Positions 12,391 to 25,513 of a stretch of DNA of 64,000 nucleotides are shown piece after piece. The notes beneath the pieces are model-generated. The model saw only the letters and a program-made list of their open reading frames with translations, had not been told where the DNA came from and did no database searches. Every line of letters begins with the position of its first letter. The first letter of the stretch is position 1. Source of the stretch: Dimorphilus gyrociliatus (taxonomy: Eukaryota; Animalia; Annelida); the NCBI GenBank assembly GCA_904063045.1, contig CAJFCJ010000034.1, forward strand, positions 62,001 to 126,000, in the 5' to 3' direction. The position numbers and the translations under genes were made by a program.

Positions 12391-15300
12391 TCATGTATTT
12401 CTTTTACTTTCAGCAATTCGAATTTGTAATAGTTTTCTTAAAATAAATGTTAAATCATAAACATTTCTTAAATGCATATTCTTTTCCTTTGAAAACGTTA
12501 AATTCTTTGAAATATTGTTAATTTGTTCAAATATCTATAATTTAAGTATATACAATAGAAAATACACATTAAACTATGTAAAGTGTTACGTCATCCTCAA
12601 AAAATTCCTGTTCAATTTTACAATTAATAAAACAGTTTCTTTTATGCATTTCATTAATCAAATAAAACCAATTCTTCGTAAACTTAAACAAGAAATTAGT
12701 ATTTGCCACTTTATTATAGCAATTATTATATGAAATTGCTAGATTTTTACATTGAAAAGCTAAAATCTTCATAACTTTTTCATATTTATATAAAAATTTA
12801 TCCTATTGAATTCAATACTAATTGAATAACTTACTTGGATATATAACAGTTTGATAGAATTTAGATATAGCTTTTTTCCTTTATAAATATATATGTATAT
12901 ATATTTAGACAGTAAATCTAATATTTATTTAAAGCATACAAACTTTTCTCTTATTCTTCTTTCTTTAAAATAGATATAATAGAATTTGAAATTAGAAACA
13001 AATGGAAATGATAAAAATACCATATTTGGTAAAATTTGATACAATAATATATTCCATGAGTAAAGTTTTACAAATTGTCCTTTTGGTAAACTAACTAAAA
13101 ATTTAATAAAACAATCAATCAATTATCTTAATATTAAATGAAAATATTGGAGATTTTAATACTAACTTGTAATAATCAAGAAAATATAAAACAATAATAA
13201 TATTATTATTCGAATTATGTATTTTTTAATCATTTTGTTACGTTTCTTTAGCGATAATAGCAATATAACTAAACATATTTTAATAATTAATACATATATT
13301 GTTAATAAAACAGAGAATAGTATAGGACTTGATTGTCGTTTTAGAAATAGAGGTTTACAATTAGCAATAAACCAATTATTTCTCTAAAAGTATAAGAATT
13401 AATAACAAATCAATTTGATTTCAAAACAAACACAAACATAGTCTTACCTCTGCTAAAATAAACAAAAGTAATATACATATTAATAAACTATAAAAAGAAA
13501 CGTTTAGTAATAATTTTAATCTGGAGCGTCTCTTCTCCAATAATAAAATTCGGTCAAGTAGAGGTGCAATCATTGTATCATAAAGAAAAATAATGTGAAC
13601 AATAATATTAATTAAGCCTAATATTCCAGATAGCTGACATATTCTATCATCTTTATATAGAATATAGTTTATTCTTAAATTGTTTCCTCTATAAACATTA
13701 TATGATACCATCATAATATTATTAATAGCTAAAACGATATTGTTGATAAGATATACGTAAGTCATTCCTTTATACTTGTATTTTATAAAACTTTTCATAA
13801 GAAGTTCTATAATTACAAGAATGAATACAATAATTCCAAAAATGATTGAAGTGTATGAATTAACATCATTTATAATTAGAGTATTACATGAATATTCACT
13901 TTCATATTTCCATTTACATTCAATATTTGGCAAATTTTCAAAAGTAGCACAACAAATTTCATAATTATTCGTTTCTAATAGTTTTAAATATATAAAATTT
14001 GACATTATTATTGAAATATCTATTATATTTTCATATTTTAATGTAGCTATTGAGAGTACTTCTAGTTGATTTTCCGTTATAGAATTATTGCCATTTTCAT
14101 TCAATTCATTCAAATATGATATTTTCATTGTTTTTAACTTTAAATTACTTAGTAACATTTTCAAATGGATGGCTTTTATCTCTATATGTTTTAGTTCAAG
14201 ATAAATAAGAGATTTAAAATGTGGAAGAGATTGAAAACTAAAATTATGAATATAACGAAAATTTAATTGTAAATGTTGAATTCTGTTTGGATGAATAAAG
14301 TAATGAGAAGAGAAATGATGCAATTGTTTGCCTTTTAAGATTAATATTCTTAAATTTGGTAATTTTTTCAATAGATTTCCAATATTCGCGAAATGTTCGT
14401 ATCTTAAATTCAATGAGATTAACTCGTATAAAATATTCGCAGATTCTTCGTATTTCGGGTGGAATTTCAATGAAAATTCAATATTTATCGATTTAAACGA
14501 CGATTGAATAGTGTTCAAGTCATTTGTGAAATTTCTACAATATACTTTTAAAACATTTGGACAGATGCAGCCTGTTGGACAACTGAACGACTCATTACAA
14601 TGATTTTCATCATCTCCCAATGGACAGTTGTAAATTCCATCGCAAACTCTGTCGATTGTCAGATGAGTACCGTATTTTCTACACTTGAAGTATCCTTTAA
14701 TCACAAATGAATCTATAGAAATTGAAATATTGCCAATTGTTTCTCTCTTAACAACCAATGTTTAACACTCACTACAACCAATTTCATCATCGGAAAGTGG
14801 ACAATGAGAAATTTCGTCACAAATCATTAGTGAATCAATACAATATTTGAATCTTTTACATTGATATTGTCCAGGTAGGCAGGTAATGTTTTCGCAATAT
14901 TCCAAGTTAACGTACTGATATCCAAGAGAATTGTATCTTGTGGTACAATTCGCAATTGGCATTCCATCCTTTTTGGCTATAAATTTAAATTAAAGTTAAC
15001 GAATATCAACTGTCTGTTTATAAGGAATTACATGAGTTTTCAATAATATCTTTGCAATATTTTTCTTTGTCTCTGAAGTCATAGCATTTGTTTTCTGAAC
15101 AAATTTTATTATTCTTGGAGCAATTTGCTTTTATTAGGAATTAGCAAACTTTTACTAATTAGCTATTTATTTGAAAATAATTTTTACCACTGCAATCTTC
15201 ATCGCTGAAATCTAAACAATTGCGGATATTGTCGCATACTTTATTAACTTGAATACATTGGCCATTTTTACACGTCCTTTAAATGAATAAACAATACTTA

Positions 15301-18051
15301 AGTTCTTTTTATGGTTTGAAAATAGTTTAACCTTTGCGAAGGTGAAATACAAGTTGGAAAATCTTTACGGCCAATTTTAAGTGTACTATTGATTATATTA
15401 TTTTCTTATTTATTGTGTATCTACCGCATAATTCTTCATCAAATGCATCTTCAGAATCCTGAAGAAAGTCACAAATAAGTGTAACATCCGTTGATTTGAC
15501 TTGAACAGAGAATATTTCTTCTAAACAACTTTCTTCATCAGAACCATCGAAGCAATCAGTTTTCATATCGCACACGAACTTTTCACTTATACAATTTTGA
15601 TCTGTCTTACAGAGAAAAGTATGATGTTTACATTCTCTACTTTCGCTTTGAAAATCAAGTTGAGAATTTGTAAAAGAATACTCTATATATTTGTGTATAT
15701 TTGTGTATTAAAAAGACTGAAATATCTTTAAATATAGATAATAATTACTTTGTAAAAGTTTTTTCTCACAAACAATTCTAGGAACCAGACGAAATAGAAA
15801 ATCACAATAATAATTTGCATAATTTGAAATTTTTACTGCAAGATGAACTGGTAAATAAAAACAAACACCATCAGGCAACCATCTCGGATATTCATAAATA
15901 CTTAAAAATATATAATAATAATAATTAAGAAACTTGTAATACTGTATAATCTAATTATAATTACTTGTACATAAAATGATGTCTATCAAAGAGATTTTGA
16001 TATAGCATTGATATTGGAATATTATCCCCCGTGCTAACGGTTAAAGTTTTATTGTAATAGTTTCTCTTATTAGTTGTAGCGATAGAATGATATTCAGCGA
16101 AATATAAATGGTTGAAAGTATTCAAATTGTAAAACAATAGTAAAGATATATATAACTTTTCTGAAGTGTCTGATATTGAGAGGGCGTTTAATCCTTTATC
16201 TTTGCAAATCTTGTTAGAGTCTGTACGAGGATTTACATCTAGCTTTAAAAAATAGTAACAACTATCTTCAAAAGTTGTGATGAGGCTAACTGAATGTTTT
16301 ATAGGACAATCTTAAAAATATATCAATCAGTTTCTAATTCTTTCTTTTGCTATAGTAAAATTAAATATACTTTGAGGTGGATCATTATTGCATAATATTG
16401 CAATGGGTATGGAAGAATAGAAATTTAATTCGTATCTTAAATATTGTGTAATTGAACATTCATTTAAGGTGGTTGTATTTTTTGAACATGATATTGCAAA
16501 TAGATATCTTTGGTTATCAATACTGAAATCACGATAAATTAACGATCCACTCCGATATCCGAAATATTGGCAGATTATCTAAAAAGTTAATATTTTTTAA
16601 ATATTTACAACTGAAAGAATATTTATATATCAGCTCTTATTTAACATTTGTTTCTCTCTTCTGAAAATTGGATACTGAGACATAATGCCACAAGTTCAGC
16701 ACTTTAACTTGTAACATTCCTAAAATTTCCTTTTTAAACTTTTCTCGATAAGGTTGAAAGCTATTCAATCGAAATTGATAACCTTATTTAAAAAATACAA
16801 TTGAATAATGAAAGATAAAGAACCAATAAAAAATTGAATACATTTTACCAAGTGTTATTTGTAGATTGTCTTTCGTATATTGATTTGATGAGTTTTGTTT
16901 TCCGCACACAACTACAAATGGCATATATGATTCATTTGCAGTTATTCTCATCTTATTACATTGTTTAATTGATAATACATTATTAAAACAATTAAGAGCA
17001 ATTTTGTAGCTTGTAGCGTAAACTTCACTCACAAATGCAACTTGAAACTTTTTACCCTCGTAAACAAGACCAAATGAGTTACATATTATATTTTGTAAAC
17101 TGTTGGAAATTTCGAATGTTTTTTTTATAGCAAAAAGGACCATTACAGGAAAATTATTAATCACTTGAACAAGAGTCTTTGTCTTTTCAATACTTTTAAA
17201 CATATTGTTATATATATATGCATCATCTAAACTATATTCAAAATCTTGGTTGAAGAAACATTTCCTTTCACAATTTGTTAAATTAAAACTTTTATTCGTA
17301 TTATTAAATATGGAATTATCATTTTCGTATATGATTATTGAATTATTTTCTAATGAAAAATTTGACTTGAAACCATCTATATTTATTACTTTATCTTCGC
17401 AGAAATTTCCTGTTTTATCATAAAGAAACGTGTCTTCCCCAATACAAAACCTATAAGACTTTTTATTATATCTAGCAAAGAGTACATTCCTTTTGTTTAA
17501 TTGTAAAATTTCAGTTGAATAGTATATATCTTAAAAATAAAGGAAGAATATTCATAATTAAAATAACAAACATTCATTAAAAATTGTTCAATTCTTTGTA
17601 CATGTATGATTCGTTTTCCAGCATTTGACGCACAAGGCTTCACCATCCGTCAAAAATAAATCAATTTGACAACTTTTCGGTGAATTTACACATGTTACAA
17701 CACTTTTGTAATAATGCGTATCTTCAAAAATTTTAAAAGGAAAATATATAGTAACCTTAGAACGTAATTAACAACATTGTTACTTTTTGGACATACATAT
17801 CCATGACCGTGAAGTTGATCGAATCCCATCTTTTCGCAAACGTAGGATATAGCGTATGGCAAGGAATCTCTAGCGAAAGGTAGAACGGATATAGGCAATT
17901 CATATCCTGAATCAAAGATAAACGGTTGTCCTTTACAGGAGCTTGAATCGCATTCCAAATTTTTTTTAAGAAATCTCCATTCAAAATCTTCTTCCATTGT
18001 CGATTGATTTATATAGACACATACGAAAAATAGAAAAAGAATAATCGCCAT
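12391..18051 (-). CDS. G3: multi-exon GRL101-like receptor, paralog of G1
   Basis: Signal peptide MAIILFLFFVCVYINQS. N-terminal domain shares GFDQLHGHGYVC with G1. CTLD ~16140-16310 (DSCYYFLKL...SNKICKDKGLNALSISD). LDLa at 15393-15575, ~15190-15280 and 14762-14900. LRR/TM in 13421-14758. Last exon IFEQ...RNVYDLTFILRKLL...RNT*, stop at 12391. Confidence 0.82.
14186..14898. repeat. Near-identical block shared by G1 and G3 (copy 2)
   Basis: Direct-repeat partner of 1899-2611. Confidence 0.95.
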
Positions 18052-18335
18052 ATTTGATAAATAAAAAATAGTAGATAAAAGGAGGAAAAGAAGGAGAAAG
18101 ATAAGAAAAAGGCGAATGTTAGGAGGCTGACTCTTAGGACTAATTATTCAATGCAAACACTTTGCACTACAGTTTAGATGTATAGAATAACAGGTAGGAT
18201 GATTGGTTCTTTTTTCTTACAATAGACTTTTATTAATCTTTAATTAAATGTAATTTTACATTCTCATTTTCAACAAGGAAATACTATATCTTTTTCCTTT
18301 TTCTCATCATTTTTAACTGTTTAATAATAAAAAAA
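18052..18335. promoter_or_regulatory. Putative bidirectional promoter between G3 (-) and G4 (+), 284 bp
   Basis: Divergent starts at 18051 and 18336, with a purine-rich tract at ~18060-18120. Confidence 0.55.
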
Positions 18336-21300
18336 ATGTTCAAAATGGTTCTAGTTAAACAAAATATAGATATAATGTTAATTTCTTTAATATTTCTTCA
18401 ATGTTTCTCCATATTCTTCAATTTTATTCAATGTCAAGATGTTTTAAGTTTTAAATTTTCATCAGATGCTCATTGCACTAATGAATTTTGCCAAGGTTCA
18501 ATTATTAGTGACGAAGATGGGAGTGTATTATGTCATCAGTCGACAGAATATTCAAGATTTGTATTTCAATTAATTTGTTCAAGAATGGGCTATGATGAAT
18601 TAAGAGTTAATGCGTTTATTTCTAATATACATCCAAGTATTTCCTAATTATTCATACTTTTTAATTTAATTATCAGTTAAACTTTACAGTTTTCCAATAA
18701 ACAACTCTATATTTCAGGTATTGTAAGAGAATGCTTTAGGTGTAAATACAAGGACAATAGCTATTTAAAGTGCAGAAAATCTGATGGTAATTACAGTTTA
18801 ATTAATTAAAAGTAATTTGAAAAAGAATAGGAAATTTTAAATTCAAAAACTTTGAATAGATTATAATATATTTGTTCCTTTCGTAAAGTGCTATAAAGTT
18901 AATGTTCCATGTAAATAAAACAAATTTCATCAGGACTATAAATGAAAAGTTTTATGATTGTTCTATTTGTTTTCTATTAGATTTTTTTGCAATTAGATCA
19001 TATGACGAATACGTTCAAAATTCTACTATTATCTATGAAAGAGTAAACAATTCTATGAAACCTCATTGTAGAATACAAAGCTTGGATTATAATTGTCGAG
19101 CTACATTTATAATTTATGGCTCAGTGGCATATTATGATTTTATACAACCTCTTAAAAGATATAATAATATCAAATCTTTGAAGCAATGCACCTCTGAAGT
19201 CTGTCAGGGGCTCATAGATACAGCTATAACTGGAATATCAAGTTTAAATTTTTATTCAGATAAGAAGGGGGATAATTTCAAATTTCCCGCTCTCAAAAAT
19301 TTCAATAATAACTATCAACCAGTATTCGTTTCTTTAGTAAATACACGAAATCTTTTTGACTTTTTAAACTATTTCTGTATCGCAAGTGGAAAAGTCTTTA
19401 CTCCCGTTTTAAATGGAATACTACAATACAGATTTCATTCGAAATGGTCACTTGACATAACGGAGCATGGAGCTTTGAGTTTTGATTGTAGTAATGATGT
19501 TGAAGAAGTGAATTATAATACATGTTTAAATTTTATAGAAGCTGAAAGATATAGTTTTTATGATGATAAAACTGTATCAGTAAATTGCAGTAGAGATCAT
19601 AATTTTTATAAATATAATAAATCAAAAGGTTTAAAAGTGTATCTTATCTTTTTAATTTATTATAATTAATCTCTTTTTAGTTGAAAAATATCGATTAAAA
19701 AACGTAACAAATGAAATATATGAACATACTAAAATGTCTTCTGAAAGCCAATTTACTGGTCATTTACAAGCATTACACTATTCAGAATGGTATAACGTTT
19801 CAAATTTATTTATGAATGAACACCAAGTAAAGCTTATATGTAAATACTTTGGATTTAAAAATGGATATAGTAATGATTTTAATCCTGATAACATGTTTAC
19901 TCTCCTTGCTTTAAACTGTTCAGAAGATTTGCTTCATTTAACTGAATGCCAAATAAGATATTTTAAAAAGCCAGAATTGAATTCTTTTACGGTGAAAAAT
20001 TTTAAAGTAACATGCCATAACAAGCCTATAGGTTTTATTTTTTAAATAAACATTCATTTATACTTTCGACTAGTCTTTCCTTTTCTATTTCTTTTCTTTA
20101 AAGAATGTAGAAAACCATCTGGAGCAAATACAAATGCTTTTTTTGCATATTTTGATAGCTGCTATTATTTACTTGAATTTAAAAATTCAATTTCATACCA
20201 ACAGGCTTCTAATGAGTGTGATAAATTTAATATGACCTTGTTGGGAATTAGTTCTCAAGATGAGGCAAGATTTATAAGCTATGCTGTAATTTCAAAAACT
20301 GCTGGTATGGATGTTCCAGATGAAAAATCACTATCGCAATCTCTAAAAGTCCCTTTGGGTAAATAATTTGTATTTTCTCTAATAGAAAATTAAATACGTA
20401 TTCATCCTTTACGTTTTAAGGTGTGAAAGATGCAAAGGATACCTTAAATACAGATAATGTACCTTTAAATGTAATTGGTATGTGGATGATATATCCTCAA
20501 GGGTATCTATTTCTCAGACTTATAAATACATATATAGTGTAATTAAATCTAACAATTCTCCCCTATTTTCTTTAATATTAGATGCAAAATAAGTACAGTT
20601 TTTGAACCGGCATTTAGCTGGAATAAAGAAAAATGTATGTACCTATCAGCTTATGAAAATATGATTTATTACGGTTTTAAAGCAATTAAATGCTCTAAAT
20701 TATTATTCACTAATGTTATTTGCGAATATAGAAAGGGTTTTCAAGGTTTATTTTCATATTTGAAAGAACATTATAATTCTAATTATAATAAGATATAATA
20801 GATACTTTTTTCAAGGCGTAGAACTTGTCGGAAATTTGATTCATAATAATATAATAAATACAAAGAACGATTCTAAGTTCTCATTCAAATGTGAAATTGA
20901 TGAATTTTTTATAAATGTTAAATACAAATGCGACGGTCAGAACGATTGTTTTGATGGTTCTGATGAAAGTAATTGTCCCGTTATACATTATTATAATTGC
21001 GATAATGATACAAAAAGGATTACGGTTGGTCAAATTTGCGATAACATAAGAGATTGTAAAGATAATTTTGATGAGAAAAATTGTTGTAAGTAATATAATA
21101 ATAGTATTCCGTTAGCTTGATTTCAATATAACATACTATAAATTTATACATCTATTATTCTTTTGATAGTAGAAAAAGAAGATTGTAATCTTCAGATAAA
21201 CTAGTAGGATATTTCTTAATCTCAATGTCTTATTATCAAATCTATCTAATTCAATTAGTAAATGCAAGAACAATGAATGTGTGTCAAGATCAAGTGTATG

Positions 21301-24300
21301 CGATAAAATTAGAGACTGTATGGATAATTCAGATGAGGAAAACTGTTATCAACGTATAATTTCTTTTCAACAATAAGTTAATATAGAATATACTATATTA
21401 AATTAATTCACATTCAATAGCTTACTATGAGAATATATTTGCTCGAGATTATATTTATTGCAATGACGGAAAATACCATGAAATTGAGGCCACTTGTGAC
21501 AAAAGATACGATTGCGAAGATAGAAGTGACGAAGATCTTAGACATTGCACAAGTTAGAAAACATTGACAGATAAATTCTATAAATGTCATAATCTTTGAC
21601 AAAAACAAAAATATTTAGTGAAAAGTTATATAAAAACCTTTGAAGTATGTTCAATACTTTATACGGATAGAAAAAATATGAATAATCATTTTACATCTTT
21701 AAACGGTAACAGTATAGTAGGCTAACAATTGCAAATTAAATCTAATTTCTTTAAATAGATATTCTAATAGAACGTATATTCCAAAACAAACTTTCAAGAT
21801 GTAATCATTTTTATTAAAGTGTTGGAAGTTTACATTAACTTTTTTATTTTTTATAATAAAGTTCCTCTAAGCATTTTCACTCGTTTAAGACCTGCTAAGA
21901 GTTCATTAATGAAAATCGACTGTTCTTTAACATACAATAGCATGGGAGAATTATTATCAAAACCACACCCACCTTTTAATGAACTATCTCAATGTTTAAA
22001 ACAGAATAAATGTAGTCCTAAAACATATCAATGTCAGAAATATTACTATTGTATTGATATTACCAATGTATGTGACGGTATCAACCACTGTATTTTAGGA
22101 GATGATGAAATTAATTGCGGTAATACCTGGAATTTTTAACGACTTAATGCTAAACAAATCTAATATTAAATACAGATCAAAGAAACTTCAGAGGCCTATA
22201 TCGCTGTCATAATACAAATAAATTTATCTCAATGAGCGATGTATGTGAAAGTATACATGCACAAAATTTCACATCCTGCAAAAAAATTTGTATCAAATCC
22301 GAGGAACAAAATGAATTCTGTAAAAAACTCTGCGCTGCATATAACAGAACAAATTGTTTTGGGTACTTTTGTGATTATCACATAGGCACAATATGTAATA
22401 AAAAAATTCATCTGTGCGGTAATCTCGACTGTCCTGAAGGAGATGACGAAGACGAATATACCTGTTTTAAAAATGTAATTTGTCCGAAAGGCTGTACGTG
22501 TCCATCTTCTGTTTATATTTCATGTACAGAACCTTTTCAAGAAGTCGGATTTTTTAATTTCACATTCAAAGAATTACTGATTGAAAACGTTGATTACGAA
22601 GATTATTTAACTTATTTTACTTATCAAAATCATTTTCAGCACATTATCATTAAAATTTCTATTAAAAGTGCAAATTTTAACCAAATTAACCTTTTGAATA
22701 ATTGTAAAAATTTGAAATATTTGATTTTGTATAATAATTCAATTGTTGAATTGATCGATAATCAATTTCAATATCTTCAAAATCTTATTTACCTAGATTT
22801 AAGTAGAAACAAAATCACAAATATTGAAAAAACGGCGTTTCAGGCACTCGATCATCTTCTATTCCTCGATCTATCACATGTTGTTTTAACACAACTAATC
22901 ACATCAACATTCATCAACCAAGCGCAAGTTGAAACCATGATTTTACAATACTCAATCATACATGATGTTAACGATGTATTCAAAGGAATGACAAATTTAA
23001 GGAACCTATCGTTAAGAGGAACGTCATTGAACGGAAATGATAGAATTCCAATAGATATGTTTTCAAACACCAATTTGAAATACTTGAAAAGCGACTATTT
23101 CTTTTATTGTTGTTTTGCTAAAAAATATCAAGATCTGGAAGAATGTTTTCCCCAACAAACTTCATTCAATTCTTGCGATAATCTCTTATCTTCGATCGGA
23201 TTACGAAGTAAGTCGTTTGAATAGTTCAATCTCTTACATTTCCCTACCATTTAGGGCGTAGTTTGCGAATGATAAATATTTGTATATTTTGCAGTTTTTC
23301 TATACATAATGCTGTTTTTCGGATTGTTTGGCAATATATCGACCTTTCTTCATTCTATAAAGTCTTTCAAACGACCTTCAAATTTATTTCAAATTCAACT
23401 AGTTTTATCAAATCTGTTAATGGCTTTATATGTATTAATCATTGTTGTTCAAGATTTGAGATATTCCGGAAAATACATCGAATACGATAGAAACTGGAGA
23501 CGGAGTTTTCTTTGCAATTTAAGTGGAACATTGTGTTCAACATCCTCAATCCTTTCTCTTTGTAGCATTCTCTTTCTAACATTTGAGAAATATTACGTCA
23601 TCGTCTTCGGTTTAGGTTCTAAATATTTTAATCTATTACGAACAGTTTGTATGGTTTCTATGGCAATATTTTTTTCAATATTGTGTTCAATTTTACCTAT
23701 ATATCTATTTAAGGTGTGTTTTACATTAACATATCGTGTTTTTTGACACTTTATTCACATTATCAAATATGTTTTGGTATAAAAGAACTATTATGGAAGA
23801 TATTCATTGTGCTTTTCTCTTCATCTAACAAATGAAAAGTCTAATGGATGGATTTATACATTTTGTCTATTTTCTGTTCTGCCATTACTTCTACTTGTAA
23901 CAATTTTTATATTATACGGTTTGATATTTAAAAAAATATCTGAATCTAGTAAAATATTATCAAATAAACAAAGTAAAAGTAGAAAATTAAAAGTTATTAA
24001 AGCTGCATTTTTAATTATTTTCACCAATTCAATGATGTGGCTACCATTAACGTTTTTGGGTATATTAATTACTTTTAATAATATATTATGAAGCTTATAA
24101 AACCATTCTTTTATATGTTTTTTAAAGGTATGTTGTCCGCTTTCGGTAAAAGTTTTATTACGCAAGCAACCTATGTGTTTATTTTTATTATATTCATACC
24201 ACAAAATTCTTTTATGCAACCATTTATGTTTTCATTTGTGGAATTGAAAAAGAAAGTAAAAGCATACGAATTCACAAGGAAAAAGATTAGAGATATTGTA

Positions 24301-24804
24301 AAGAAGGAACATTTCACAAAGAGTAAATCATTAATTTATTATTTAAATCAGTAATTTCTTAATATCCTCCTTTTTATCGTAAGCCTTAAAACTATTTTCT
24401 GAAGATTCCATTTCTGAGGGTATTATTTTTCGTAATAAGAAAGATTGTAATTTCCATAACAGAGGATTTGAACGATTTCATGGAAAACATATTAAAAATA
24501 TTAGCGATATAGCAATGTTTTTTAAACGATTTGCACAAATTCTGAATACACTTCATTTAAGTCATATTCAGATAAAGCATTTCAACTTTAATCATTTGCT
24601 TGTTTGTATCAATTATAGTAGTTTGTTTATCTTAATTACTGAAAATATGTTTTATAGATTTCTTCAGTGAATAAGCAATTAATATTTGAAATGGAGAAAG
24701 AGAATATACAGTTAAATATATCTGAATTGGCTAACAAGGAGAACATTCTTCAATTTTCTAGAATTATGAAAACAGTTTTAAGAGAATATATGAAAAAAAT
24801 ATGA
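18336..24804 (+). CDS. G4: multi-exon GRL101-like receptor, paralog of G2
   Basis: N-terminal CTNEFCQG...LICSRMGYDELRVNAF matches G2. SRCR-like 19734-20030. CTLD from ~20100 (DSCYY...ASNECDKFNMTLLGISSQDEARFI). LDLa 20836-22460. LRR 22460-23200. 7TM 23309-24240. Tail ILNTLHLSHIQIKHF...KENILQFSRIM, stop 24802-24804. The start may instead be a later Met. Confidence 0.85.
22413..23883. repeat. Near-identical block shared by G2 and G4 (copy 2)
   Basis: Direct-repeat partner of 9978-11449. Confidence 0.95.
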
Positions 24805-25513
24805 GATTAAATATAGATAATTACTTAATCTGATTTATTTATTTTAACATTTAAGAGTAAGGGTATTAGACAAAACGTTGACAATTTTAACGCTTTATCT
24901 GAACCCTAATCAAACAGCGATTAAATAGTTTATATTTGACGAGATCTATATTGAAGATCGGCTCTTCTATGACCAAAAAAATAACAGCTTTACTGTTTGT
25001 AAATATATCAAACGGGCTACTGTATTCTTTAAAACATCAACGCCAAAAGTACGTGATCGCTTGATTGCATAACTAACTGTATGACACGTAGCTAGGCGAA
25101 ACATTTAACAAGATATAACTTTTATACAGTCTTCAGCCTCTTTTTAACTAACAGTAGTGTTTAGTAGCAGTTCTATAGAAGTTAAAAAATAACAGATGAA
25201 TCATTATATATTAACTATTATATATGAGAATAGGTGTACCTCTACTTCCATTTTCTAGTTTAAATTCATGTCGAGGCACGACATACATACGATTGTACGT
25301 ATGAATTTACAGGTTTCAACAGCTATAATCATATGTCTTCTATTACTCATTTGAAAATCAAATTTTACTTCGTTATTTCTCAGTAGTCCTTAAGGATCTT
25401 CTAGTAAGTACTTTAGCCTGATTCATATATCTTAAATAGTTTAGATTGTAAAAATTTATCTTTCATTTAAGACATTAAACTCTCTATGATAATTATTTAT
25501 AGTAATTTCAAAA

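Noticed and set aside
24805-25513. Slightly GC-richer intergenic stretch, a possible MITE
   Set aside because: I could not find terminal inverted repeats, a target-site duplication or a second copy by eye.
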